DNA from: Sedimentisphaerales bacterium
Lineage (GTDB): Bacteria > Planctomycetota > Phycisphaerae > Sedimentisphaerales > SM23-30
Length of the DNA stretch: 64,000 nucleotides
Reading direction: 5' to 3' (one strand)
Assembly (NCBI GenBank): GCA_963666285.1
Contig: OY762711.1
Under the pieces are notes generated by a model. The model worked only from the letters and a program-made list of their open reading frames with translations, was not told where the DNA came from and searched no databases. Positions 47,926 to 57,995 of the stretch are shown here, piece after piece (position 1 is the stretch's first letter; every line of letters starts with the position of its first letter). Position numbers and translations under genes: made by a program.

Positions 47926-50900
47926 ATGAAGAAAGTATTAAGCATTATTTTATTGCTGGTTAATACTCTTGTTTATGCTGTGGATGGTGATTTGGGAGCG
48001 AGTAAGGGAGCGAATGGTTCTGAAACTGCCCCCTGGCTTATCGAAGATTTTTCAGACTTCCAGGCATTTTGTGCTGATACCGATTACTGGACCAGTGGTG
48101 TTTATGCACAACTCAAATGCGATATCGACCTGTCCTATGCAGGAACATATTCTCAAGCTCCAATAGCTGGTGATATTGATACCCATTTCGGCGTAACAGA
48201 ATATTATGGCAGTTTCGACGGCAACGGCCATACTATCAGCAACCTTATAGTTGAAGGAGCGTATTACTGCGGACTATTTGGTAAAGTTGGTTTCGATGCA
48301 GACATTACAAATCTGGGCTTGATAAATGCCTCAGTTACAGGAATTGGTGATTATGTTGGCGGACTGTGTGGGTTTAGCTCTTCCGGTAGTATAACAAAAT
48401 GCTATGTCTCTGGTTATGTTTCAGGAACTAATTATATTGGAGGATTAGTTGGAGAAAATGATGAAGGTAGCATCACCAATTGTTACAGTGCTGTCTCTAT
48501 AATTGGTAATGATTGTGTTGGTGGACTAATAGGGAATAATGGCGGTAGTGTCACCGATAGTTTCAGTACTGGTTCTATTTCTGGAAACAATTATATAGGC
48601 GGCTTGTGCGGATATATTTGGCATGGCAGTTTGATAGATTGTTTTACCAAATGTCTAGTAGAAGGAAATGCATCTGTTGGAGGTTTGTGTGGTGATAATA
48701 ATTCTGGAGATATAGTTAAATGTTCTGCAAATAATTCAGTTACTGGGAATAGGGATGTTGGTGGCTTGTGTGGTTCTGTTAGTGGTGGAATTATAAACCA
48801 AAGTTATACTGATGGTTATATAGTATGTAATGGAGACTATGTTGGTGGTTTTTGTGGCAGTGTATTTCAAACTATAATAAATGATTGCTATTCACTAACG
48901 CAAACGATCGGATATGGAGACTATGTTGGTGGTTTTTGTGGTCTAATCCAATATAGTCAGACTTCTAATAGCTTTTCATCCGGTTATGTGTTTGGTGAAT
49001 CGCAATATTGTTCTGGTTTATGTGGATGTCTTTTTGGTAGTGAAGCAATTATACAAAATTGTTTTTGGAATACTGAGACTTCTGGACAGAGTGATGGGTA
49101 TATTCTTTACTCTTTAAATCCAGGAAATGTAATTAATGTAATGGGATTGACAACGTCAGAATTGCAAACGCGAACGTCCTTTATCGATGCCGGATGGGAT
49201 TTTGTTGGGGAAGAAGATAATGGTAAGGATGACATTTGGCAAATTAGAAATTATCCGGTATTAAGCTGGCAGTTTAACAAAGTTCAAGGATCTGGCTCAG
49301 AGGAAGATCCATATGTTATCAGCAATTTATATGATTTCTATAAGTTCTGTTTTGAGTCAAATTATTGGGCGAGTGGTGTTCACACACAGCTAGTCTGTAA
49401 TCTTGACTTGATCAATGCAGGTGTTTTCACTAAAGCTCCAATTGCTGGTGATATTGATATACATTTCGGCGGAACAGAATATTGTGGCAGTTTCGACGGC
49501 AACGGTCATACTATCAGCAACCTTACAGTTGAAGGAGCGTATTGCTGTGGACTATTTGGTAAAGTTGGTTCCGATGCAGATATAACAAATCTGGGATTAA
49601 AAAATGTCTCTATTATTGGAACGAGTTATGTTGGTGGGCTGTGTGGATATAATGATGAGGGGAGTATAATAGGTTGCTTTGCTACTGGCATTGTTGCTGG
49701 AGTTGGTGATTATAGTGATTATGTTGGCGGACTGTGTGGTTTTAATAATAAAGGTAGTGTAACTGATTGTTACAGTATGGTTTCTGTTTCTGGAGATAAA
49801 GTTTGTGTTGGTGGACTGTGTGGGTTTAACTCTTCTGGTAGTATAACAAAGTGCTATGCCTCTGGCCCTGTTTCGGGTGTTTATTCTGTTGGTGGGCTGT
49901 GTGGATTTAATAATTCAGGAATTATAATAGGTAGTTTCTATAATATTGATATTTGCGGAATAAATGTTAGTGATGGCGGCCATCCGCTGACTGATGATCA
50001 GATGAAACTGGCTTCCAGCTTCTATGGCTGGACTTCTGGCAATTGGACCATAGATCAAGAAAATGACTATCCACGTCTTGCTTGGGAAAATGCCTGTGGC
50101 ACAACCATTAATACCGACTACCCGGGTATTACTTATTCTGGCTCCGGCACTGAAGATGATCCCTACCAGATCGGCTCCGCTGAAGACCTGCAAATACTTA
50201 TGCACCGTGAAAATGACTGGGACAAATACTATCTTCTTACCTCGGATGTAAATATGTCCGGCATTAATTTTTACCATGCTGTTATTGGTCACGGCTGTGA
50301 ATTTACCGGTTCTTTCGACGGTTTCGATGGAATAAAGTATCACATTATCAGTAATCTTACCGTTAGCGGTTCATCTTGCTGTGGTTTGTTTGGTCGTATT
50401 GGTTCCGGAGGGACTGTTGCTAATTTGGGGTTGGAAAATGCCTCAGTTACAGGAATTGGTGATTATGTCGGTGGACTGTGTGGATATAATAATTCCGGCA
50501 GTATAACACAATGTTATGCTATCGGCTCTATTTCAGGTGATGATTCTCTCGGCGGCCTATGTGGATATAATAATTCCGGTAGTATAATAAAATGCTATGC
50601 CACTGGTTCTGTTTCGGGTGATTATTCTGTCGGGGGACTGTGTGGATTTAATGATTCCGGCAGTATTGCAGAATGTTATGCCATTGGTTCTGTTTCGGGT
50701 GATTATTATGTCGGTGGACTGTGTGGATATAATTATTCCGGCAGTATTGCAGAATGTTATGCCGCTGGTTCCATTTCTGGTAATCCTGCCTACGGCCTAT
50801 GTGGGTTTCAGTATGGTAGTTCGGCAGAGATTTATAGTAGTTTTTGGAATATTGAAATATCGGAGAAGGCTATTGGGTATAATCTTAGTTCTTTTTATCC

Positions 50901-52944
50901 CGGTACAATTACCAATGTGCAAGGAGTAACAACCGCCGAAATGCAAATGCAAACATATTTCACTGATGCCGGATGGGATTTTATTAGTGAAGATGATAAC
51001 GGCACAGGTGATACTTGGAGAATGATAAATTATCCTATATTGAGCTGGCAATTGGATGGTATTGAAGGTGACGGTTCGGAGAACGAACCTTATGTCATAG
51101 ACAACTTAAATGACTTTTATGACTTCTGCCTAGATTCAGAATATTGGACATATAACAAGAGTGTGAGTCTTAATTGTGATCTTGATTTAAGTGTTGCAGG
51201 AGTTTATTCGGAAGCTCCGATAGCACCTTATATATCAAGTGATATCAATTTTCAAGGTGTTGAATATAAAGGTATTTTCAAGGGTAATGGGCATGAGATA
51301 AGCAATTTAAGCATAGAAAGTGAAAATGGTTACCTCGGCCTGTTTGGCAATATTTTGAACGGTTCTGTGTCCGATTTGAATATATCTGGAATCATCAATT
51401 CAAATGGGAGTAAGGTCGGTCTTTTAGCTGGAGGGGCTTCATTAGTAAATATTGACAACTGTCATTCGGATGGGGTGGTATTAGGCAAATATGATGTTGG
51501 AGGACTTATAGGAAGTATAGGCGGATATATAAATAAAAGTTCTGCAAGTTGTTCGGTAAAAAGTACCGGCAGTTGGGCTGGAGGATTGCTTGGTAGAAAT
51601 TCTGGAACTGTTGAAGCATGTTATTCATCCGGTAATGTAACTAGTTTAACTTTTGATTGTGGTGGTATGATAGGTATTAATAGCGGAGATTTATTAAATA
51701 GCTATTCCTCTTGTGCCGTTTTGGGGAGTAGTATGATAGGAGGGCTTGTCGGTTTTAATTCCCAAGGCTCTATAGATAAGTGCTATTCGGCGGCAACCAT
51801 GCCTCAAACCAACAGGCTTTTCTGGGTAGACCAGGTTAAAGACAGTATTCAATATTCGAATTTAAAAGATAATGCAGAAGCTATGTCGGCAAATGGTACT
51901 TCTCCTTACGGTGTTGCAATAGACAATGAAAATTTCAAGGTTTACTGGACTGGTGCAACAACCGGTTTGATCCATAGGGCAAATTTAGATGGGACAGATA
52001 TTGAAGAGGTAATTGATACTAATGGCGAATCGCCAAGGTTGATCGCAGTTGACCCTGTTGACCAGAAAGTATATTTTACCAAGAATAATGCGCATTATAT
52101 ATCAAAGGTTAGTTATGATGGAACTGGCCTGGAATATATTGTTATGGATGGTGTCAGCAGTCCGCATGGGATAGCAGTAGATTCTGTAAACAGAAAAATG
52201 TATTGGACTGATGCGTCAACTTATAAGGTTCAGCGAGCTGATCTTGACGGCAGTAATATTGAAGATCTGGCGATATTGGCTGAGCCTTCTTATTGCATTA
52301 CTATTGACAGTTACAATAGCAAGATATACTGGACGCTAGCATCGGCAAATTATATCCAGCGTGCCGAGCTTAATGGCTCGAATGTTGAGAATGTTACCGT
52401 TCCCGGTGCTAGTAAGTTTTATGGTATTGCAGTTGATGGCAAAGCGGGCAAAATGTATTTTACAGAGATTTCCAATTATAAAGTGCAATGTGCAAATCTT
52501 AATGGATCAAACTTGACAGATATTGACGTTTCAGATGGTGTTTGGGGTGGAATAGTTATAGCAGAACCACTACCAGATAGTGTTGGCGGAATTGCAGGTA
52601 TTAATAGCGGTACTATAGAGAATTCTTTCTGGGATGCAGAGTTGTGTGATATTACTTCTGAGGATAATGGGCAGGTGACCGCCCAAATGCAGAACATCAA
52701 CACTTTCCTAAATGCTGGCTGGGATTTCAACGCAGAAACTGCCAATGGTACCAACAACCTCTGGCATATGCCATATAAGGACACTGGTTATCCGATGCTG
52801 TTTTTCCAGCGTGACATCCCCGGCGACCTCGCCGGCTCCTACGGCATAGACCTCACCGACTTCAGCGAACTGTCGTCAAACTGGCTCAACACATACAACA
52901 TCACCGACTTGCAGACACTAGCTGTTTATTGGCTTGAACAATAA
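47926..52944 (+). CDS. Secreted GLUG-repeat protein (4 modules) with a YWTD beta-propeller and a dockerin-like C-terminus
   Basis: Four GLUG modules; LFWVD/VYWTG/VYFTK/MYWTD/IYWTL/MYFTE repeats; DIPGDLAGSYGIDLTDF...YWLEQ. Confidence 0.85.
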   Translation: MKKVLSIILLLVNTLVYAVDGDLGASKGANGSETAPWLIEDFSDFQAFCADTDYWTSGVYAQLKCDIDLSYAGTYSQAPIAGDIDTHFGVTEYYGSFDGNGHTISNLIVEGAYYCGLFGKVGFDADITNLGLINASVTGIGDYVGGLCGFSSSGSITKCYVSGYVSGTNYIGGLVGENDEGSITNCYSAVSIIGNDCVGGLIGNNGGSVTDSFSTGSISGNNYIGGLCGYIWHGSLIDCFTKCLVEGNASVGGLCGDNNSGDIVKCSANNSVTGNRDVGGLCGSVSGGIINQSYTDGYIVCNGDYVGGFCGSVFQTIINDCYSLTQTIGYGDYVGGFCGLIQYSQTSNSFSSGYVFGESQYCSGLCGCLFGSEAIIQNCFWNTETSGQSDGYILYSLNPGNVINVMGLTTSELQTRTSFIDAGWDFVGEEDNGKDDIWQIRNYPVLSWQFNKVQGSGSEEDPYVISNLYDFYKFCFESNYWASGVHTQLVCNLDLINAGVFTKAPIAGDIDIHFGGTEYCGSFDGNGHTISNLTVEGAYCCGLFGKVGSDADITNLGLKNVSIIGTSYVGGLCGYNDEGSIIGCFATGIVAGVGDYSDYVGGLCGFNNKGSVTDCYSMVSVSGDKVCVGGLCGFNSSGSITKCYASGPVSGVYSVGGLCGFNNSGIIIGSFYNIDICGINVSDGGHPLTDDQMKLASSFYGWTSGNWTIDQENDYPRLAWENACGTTINTDYPGITYSGSGTEDDPYQIGSAEDLQILMHRENDWDKYYLLTSDVNMSGINFYHAVIGHGCEFTGSFDGFDGIKYHIISNLTVSGSSCCGLFGRIGSGGTVANLGLENASVTGIGDYVGGLCGYNNSGSITQCYAIGSISGDDSLGGLCGYNNSGSIIKCYATGSVSGDYSVGGLCGFNDSGSIAECYAIGSVSGDYYVGGLCGYNYSGSIAECYAAGSISGNPAYGLCGFQYGSSAEIYSSFWNIEISEKAIGYNLSSFYPGTITNVQGVTTAEMQMQTYFTDAGWDFISEDDNGTGDTWRMINYPILSWQLDGIEGDGSENEPYVIDNLNDFYDFCLDSEYWTYNKSVSLNCDLDLSVAGVYSEAPIAPYISSDINFQGVEYKGIFKGNGHEISNLSIESENGYLGLFGNILNGSVSDLNISGIINSNGSKVGLLAGGASLVNIDNCHSDGVVLGKYDVGGLIGSIGGYINKSSASCSVKSTGSWAGGLLGRNSGTVEACYSSGNVTSLTFDCGGMIGINSGDLLNSYSSCAVLGSSMIGGLVGFNSQGSIDKCYSAATMPQTNRLFWVDQVKDSIQYSNLKDNAEAMSANGTSPYGVAIDNENFKVYWTGATTGLIHRANLDGTDIEEVIDTNGESPRLIAVDPVDQKVYFTKNNAHYISKVSYDGTGLEYIVMDGVSSPHGIAVDSVNRKMYWTDASTYKVQRADLDGSNIEDLAILAEPSYCITIDSYNSKIYWTLASANYIQRAELNGSNVENVTVPGASKFYGIAVDGKAGKMYFTEISNYKVQCANLNGSNLTDIDVSDGVWGGIVIAEPLPDSVGGIAGINSGTIENSFWDAELCDITSEDNGQVTAQMQNINTFLNAGWDFNAETANGTNNLWHMPYKDTGYPMLFFQRDIPGDLAGSYGIDLTDFSELSSNWLNTYNITDLQTLAVYWLEQ

Positions 52945-52956
52945 CTGACGCTTGCC

Positions 52957-53115
52957 GCTGACTGCTGATTGCCTGTTCTACTATCATCTGTTCTAATTTT
53001 AAACAAGCGGTGAGACGATAGTCGAACACCTTAATTTTTCGCTTTTAATTATTCATTTTTCATTTAGCGTAGCTCGTAGCTGTTTGCTGCTTCCCGGTAG
53101 TCCCCGGTTTCAACC
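52957..53115 (+). repeat. 159-bp direct repeat, right copy
   Basis: Matches 47365-47523. Confidence 0.9.
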
Positions 53116-53612
53116 AGGGGAATATACAAGCCTCCCCATTATTTTAAAATCATCCTCGCCACCAGGCGACACCTTCACTCCTGGGAACGCTGAGCATCAG
53201 CTCGGCACATTATTTAATCAGGTCGCGTCAGCGACTCCTTCACATCATTAGACTTGTCCAATGATGTGCCAGAGTGCGAAGCACGTTTTTTCTCTTCGCT
53301 GGCAGCTGTTCGCTCGCCGCTGGTTGCGATCATTTGTGTTAGCCCAGTACTGATTCGTGTAAATGGTTTAGCAATTTTGCATTTTGATTTTTTTCTTAAT
53401 TTTTAATTCTTAATTTCTTACCGCCGCTGTCTGCTGTTCGCTCGCTGCTGTTTAGCTGTTCTAATCTCTAACGACCTTCGGTCGTTCGGCGTCAGCTTTA
53501 AAACAAGTTGTGAGCGACAGCGAATTATTCCTGATGTCAACGTACATCAGGACACCTCCTTTACACTTTTTATTTTACCCTTTACACTTTGATGTCGCAT
53601 AGCGACATCTGG
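53116..53612. repeat. Mosaic cluster of REP-like hairpins and heptamer-like repeats
   Basis: Hairpins CACATCATT/AATGATGTG, TCCTGATGT/ACATCAGGA and GATGTCGC/GCGACATC; modules shared with 38911-38980, 47161-47262 and 30724-30744. Confidence 0.75.
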
Positions 53613-54067
53613 TCCGCCCAACATCCAAAATACCAAATTTCAGCAAAAAATCTTCTCCGCCGCACCACCTCCGTTACCACGCGTTTACCTTCCGTTAACT
53701 TACCTCGTTCCGCCGCTGATATTCAATAGTCCGCCGCCGCCCGCCGAAAGCCGGCACGCTTCTTCTCGCCTTCCTATACCCGCCGCGTCCCGCCGCATAT
53801 GTTCAATTTCCCGTCACTACCAGCCTTTAACATGTTCGTGACCGTTCTCCTGCCTATCACGACCTACGTAATAATTTTTATCCGCAAGCTGACATTTGGT
53901 CTTGGCACTTACCTCAAAAATCTGCCATATATTTCGGTAAGCCCAAAAGTAGGGCGGTGCTTATCCTGATTTACGGAATCAGCTGATGAATTAAATTTGT
54001 AAATATCGCAAATAGCTTATATAATCACTTATAATTAGAGTTACTCTTTTAGTTATAACCCTATAAT

Positions 54068-55009
54068 TTGGTGATACATATGGACAAAAGACAATTGTCG
54101 GATATTAGTAGAAGATTATGCGACAGCTATATCGGCTGGGGACGCATCAGTAAGCTTGACGGCATACCACGCCCCAAGCGTACTGAGATCTACCAGCTCG
54201 TCGATAAGCTGTTTGAGATCGTTTATCCCGGTTTTTGGGGCCGTCAGGCCGTTGTTAAGCAGGATTTACCCGATTTTACCGTCGAAAACCTCGCTCAGGC
54301 CTCTCAAATGCTCGCCACGCTTGTTTTCCAGGCTCAGGCTTTCTGTCCCAAAGATCCTTCTTCAGAAGACCATGAACCCGTGGAAGACATTGTAGCCGCA
54401 TTTATAAAGACCCTCCCGCAAATTCGAGAGATGGTGCTAAGTGATGTGTTATCAGCACTTAAAGGCGACCCCGCGGTATATGAAACCGACAGCATAATCT
54501 ATTGCTATCCTACCACAGTTGCTGTTACAACACAAAGGCTTGCTCATGAACTCTTCAAGCTCAAAGTGCCGCTTATCCCGCGTGCTATGAGTGAATATGC
54601 CCATAGCTATACAGGCATCGACATCCACCCCGGAGCCCAGATCGGTAAAGGTTTCTTTATCGACCATGGCACTGGTGTAGTTATTGGTGAAACTGTCATA
54701 ATTGGCGATAACTGCAAGCTTTACCAGGGAGTTACGCTTGGTGCCGCCAGTTTCCCGCATGGCGAGGATGGGCTCATTATACGCGGCCATAAACGCCATC
54801 CGACCCTGGAAGATGATGTTATTGTATATTCAAACTCTTCAGTTCTCGGCAATATAGTTATTGGTAAAGGTGCTACCATTCATGGTAGCGTATTCCTTAC
54901 CAAATCCGTCCCGCCAGGTTGCACTGTTTCAAGTACGCCGGTTGAACTGAGAATGAAAAATCGCTGTTACGCGATCGGCAGGGGATTTATACCTGATTAC
55001 ACAATCTAG
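54068..55009 (+). CDS. cysE: Serine O-acetyltransferase (long EpsC-type)
   Basis: GDPA, YP, TGIDIHPGAQIGKGFFIDHGTGVVIGET, YQGVTLGA, KRHPT. Confidence 0.92.
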   Translation: MVIHMDKRQLSDISRRLCDSYIGWGRISKLDGIPRPKRTEIYQLVDKLFEIVYPGFWGRQAVVKQDLPDFTVENLAQASQMLATLVFQAQAFCPKDPSSEDHEPVEDIVAAFIKTLPQIREMVLSDVLSALKGDPAVYETDSIIYCYPTTVAVTTQRLAHELFKLKVPLIPRAMSEYAHSYTGIDIHPGAQIGKGFFIDHGTGVVIGETVIIGDNCKLYQGVTLGAASFPHGEDGLIIRGHKRHPTLEDDVIVYSNSSVLGNIVIGKGATIHGSVFLTKSVPPGCTVSSTPVELRMKNRCYAIGRGFIPDYTI

Positions 55010-55049
55010 CGAATTATTGGCGATAAGTAATTGCTGTTATTTGAGATAT

Positions 55050-55082
55050 AAAAGGGCGGAAAGAATGTTTCTGCCCTTTTTT
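55050..55082 (+). terminator. Intrinsic terminator
   Basis: AAAAGGGCGGAAA...TTTCTGCCCTTTTTT. Confidence 0.8.
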
Positions 55083-55172
55083 GTTACTTGAATTTTTTCC
55101 GGAATGAGATATAATTAACTCTCTAACTAATTGTAAACAAATAATATAGCTTTTAATTTCATAGGAGCTGAC

Positions 55173-55964
55173 ATGATTAAGCTAGCAGTTACCGGCGCAG
55201 CCGGCAGAATGGGTAAAAGAATAATAACCCTGGCAAAAGAAAGCGGGGATTTTGAAATTGTCGCGGCATTAGAATACGATCAATGCCCGTTATTAGGTCA
55301 CGATGCTGGCGAAAATGCTGGGATCGGCTCGCTAGGCGTTAAACTTTCTGTCGAGCCGGAAACAAAGCCTGACGTTATGATAGATTTTTCGCTTCCAACC
55401 GGAACCGAAAAGTGGATTAAATATTGCCGTGACAATAAAATTGCATTAGTTGTTGGTACCACAGGACTTGACGATAGCCAGAAAGCTATGCTGCAGGATG
55501 CAGGTGACGACATTCCTGTATTACTTGGTGCCAATATGAGTCTTGGTGTCAACCTTCTTTTCAAACTCGTTCAGGATGTCGCCGGTCGTTTGGATGAAGA
55601 CTACGATATCGAGATCGTAGAGTTTCACCATCGCTTCAAACGCGATGCTCCAAGCGGCACTGCTCTGGAGCTTGGCCGCCATGCGGCATTGGGCCGCGAT
55701 TATAAATGGCCGGATTGCTGCCAGCATGGACGAGAGGGTAAGGATGCTTTGCGAGATGCGAAAACCATTGGTATGCATGCAGTTAGGGCTGGTGATATTA
55801 TTGGCGAGCATAGCGTTTATTTCTCTGCTCTGGGCGAAACCATCGAGCTTCGCCATAATGCTCATACCAGGGACACTTTTGTCAGGGGCGCTATCAAGGC
55901 AGGAAAATGGCTTTCCGGCCAGAAACCTGGATATTACACAATGTTTGATGTACTCGGACTTTAG
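55173..55964 (+). CDS. dapB: 4-hydroxy-tetrahydrodipicolinate reductase
   Basis: GAAGRMG, VGTTG, NMSLGVN, EFHHRFKRDAPSGTA. Confidence 0.96.
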   Translation: MIKLAVTGAAGRMGKRIITLAKESGDFEIVAALEYDQCPLLGHDAGENAGIGSLGVKLSVEPETKPDVMIDFSLPTGTEKWIKYCRDNKIALVVGTTGLDDSQKAMLQDAGDDIPVLLGANMSLGVNLLFKLVQDVAGRLDEDYDIEIVEFHHRFKRDAPSGTALELGRHAALGRDYKWPDCCQHGREGKDALRDAKTIGMHAVRAGDIIGEHSVYFSALGETIELRHNAHTRDTFVRGAIKAGKWLSGQKPGYYTMFDVLGL

Positions 55965-56009
55965 AGAGTTTATCGCCAATTTTTTTGCTGAAAATATATG
56001 ACATTTAGC

Positions 56010-56038
56010 TTGCTTTATTAGATAAATGTTTATAAACT
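56010..56038 (+). promoter_or_regulatory. Putative tRNA promoter
   Basis: TTGCTT-N17-TAAACT. Confidence 0.45.
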
Positions 56039-56079
56039 ACTGATCTTCAAATTACTTGGCAGAATTTTCTGCCTCAGTT

Positions 56080-56153
56080 GCGCTCGTAGCTCAATTGGAT
56101 AGAGCATTGGTCTACGAAACCAAAGGTTACAGGTTCGACTCCTGTCGGGCGTA
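56080..56153 (+). tRNA. tRNA-Arg(ACG), CCA not encoded
   Basis: Acceptor GCGCTCG/CGGGCGT, D-arm GCTC/GAGC, anticodon stem TTGGT/ACCAA with ACG at 56114-56116, T-loop GGTTCGACTCC. Confidence 0.97.
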
Positions 56154-56266
56154 TTATAACTCCTTATTTCATAAGGGGTTATTTTTTTGCGCAGACATTC
56201 CACAAAACGCCTGTGGTCATTTTGTGGCGGTTTTTACTTGCTTAGTTTCCTATAGTAAGTTATAGT

Positions 56267-57478
56267 GTGTTCATGGCAAATTTATATCCAAGAAATAATG
56301 TATTGTGGTATTGCTTTTACCACAAAAACGACCGCTATAGGGGTTCTACAGGCACGAATAATCGAGCTAAGGCTACTAAGGTAATGAATGACAGAATCGC
56401 CGAGATACGTGGTTCTGGTTCGGCTAATGACCTATTTGACAGGCTCCTTAAACAGCTTGAAATGCTACCAGAAAAGGATAGCGAAAAGCTAAGAACGAAC
56501 TTCATAGCAGCTCTAAGGGAAACCCATATTAAGAAAGTAACCTTTAAGGAAGCATGGGAAATATTCAAAGCTACCCCGAAAAAGAAAGAGCAGTCAAAAC
56601 ATACTGAAGGTGATTATAATTCGGTATGGTTTAAGCTTGCTGATTGGTGTAAGGAAAAACACAAAATCGAGTATATCCATGAAATTGACGAAGCTATTGC
56701 ACTTCAATACCTATCCTATTTATGGGGGACTCATATATCCCCACGCCGTTATAATCAATATATTATTGCATTTCGATATATATATAAGTTGCTAAAAACG
56801 CCTACTGGAATTACAGAAAATCCCTGGCTTGCAATGGATAAAAAAGATCAAGACACTATAAGTAAAAAGCCATTAGGAATTAAAGAAATCAAGACCATTT
56901 TTTCTAAGGCAAAAGATGAATTAAAAATACTTTTGGCTATTGGTGGTTATACAGGTCTTCGGCTTGGTGATTGCTGTCTAATGAAATGGGCAAGCGTAGA
57001 TTTTGAAAAAATGATTATTACTCTTGAGCCATTAAAGCTTAGGCATAGACGTAAAGAAGTAGTTATTCCCATGCACCCATTTCTTGCAAATTTGCTAAAA
57101 GCTTTACTTGGCGATAACTATAATCAAATACTACCATGTTTAACCAATGAATACATTTTACCAAATATTTCATCTGACTACTTGAAAAACGCATCTGAAG
57201 TAACAGATGTAGTTCAAGAGCATTTTATTAAATGTGGTATTAAGACTCAGGTTAAAAGAAAAGAAGAAGGCCGGGCTCAGGCAGTGTATGGATTCCATAG
57301 CCTGCGTCATTCATTTGTAACTATTCTCGCTGAAAACAATGTAGCCGAATCAGTTGCTATGAAACTGGTCGGGCATAGCTCAATAGCTGTACATAGGATA
57401 TACCAGCATGTACGATCAGAACACAAAGAAAATGCTATTGCACAATTACCTACATTAGATTCAGAAGATAAAGAGTAA
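56267..57478 (+). CDS. Tyrosine recombinase/integrase
   Basis: N-terminal arm-binding-like RGSTGT; catalytic TGLRLGD, FHSLRH, LVGH, IYQH. Confidence 0.93.
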   Translation: MFMANLYPRNNVLWYCFYHKNDRYRGSTGTNNRAKATKVMNDRIAEIRGSGSANDLFDRLLKQLEMLPEKDSEKLRTNFIAALRETHIKKVTFKEAWEIFKATPKKKEQSKHTEGDYNSVWFKLADWCKEKHKIEYIHEIDEAIALQYLSYLWGTHISPRRYNQYIIAFRYIYKLLKTPTGITENPWLAMDKKDQDTISKKPLGIKEIKTIFSKAKDELKILLAIGGYTGLRLGDCCLMKWASVDFEKMIITLEPLKLRHRRKEVVIPMHPFLANLLKALLGDNYNQILPCLTNEYILPNISSDYLKNASEVTDVVQEHFIKCGIKTQVKRKEEGRAQAVYGFHSLRHSFVTILAENNVAESVAMKLVGHSSIAVHRIYQHVRSEHKENAIAQLPTLDSEDKE

Positions 57479-57500
57479 AATACAATTAATAATAATTACT

Positions 57501-57550
57501 AAATCAGGTAATAACTTCTTATTATAGAGGTTGTTACCTGATTTTTATTT
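57501..57550 (+). terminator. Terminator after the integrase
   Basis: AAATCAGGTAATAACTTCT...AGAGGTTGTTACCTGATTT followed by a T-rich tail. Confidence 0.75.
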
Positions 57551-57914
57551 GTAACATATTTCAATTCTTTTGACCATCAACTCTCAAAAAAACATACCCG
57601 AACAAAAACCGAACAAAATTATTTGCATTCCCATCATCAATGTGATATATTTTGAATGTTGACTAGTACCAGGTCATTGAGTGCCCTTCCCCAAAAGTCG
57701 GTAATTTACAAAGCACTAATTTACATTTGTTGTTAACATAAAATTAACACAAGTATATTTGTTAAGGTAGTTAAGGTATGTTATAGTTTCATGTATAGTA
57801 AAAATATTTTTACTACAGGACATTGTGTGCAAGCAAACGAGAGAAGCTATGTGTGATAATTATCGATTACAGGAAAGGAGACCTATCATGACCTAATCAC
57901 GCCAAATCCCCAAT

Positions 57915-57950
57915 AAAAAAGCGGCCCGCAAAGCTGTAACTTTGCGAGCC
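57915..57950 (-). terminator. Minus-strand terminator-like hairpin
   Basis: Minus strand GGCTCGCAAAG...CTTTGCGGGCC-GC-T6. Confidence 0.55.
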
Positions 57951-57995
57951 TATGTTATGACAAATTACACCCACACGTAAAAATGGAGTAATAAA

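Noticed and set aside
48156..49596. ~160-nt near-duplicate inside the GLUG gene as a DGR template/variable repeat pair
   Set aside because: Mismatches are not confined to adenines, both copies are in-frame coding, and there is no reverse transcriptase in the window.
53650..53990. C-rich stretch and small hairpins upstream of cysE as a Cys-responsive leader
   Set aside because: No Cys-rich leader ORF, T-box motif or terminator could be identified.
56056..56265. 69-aa ORF
   Set aside because: It overlaps tRNA-Arg entirely.
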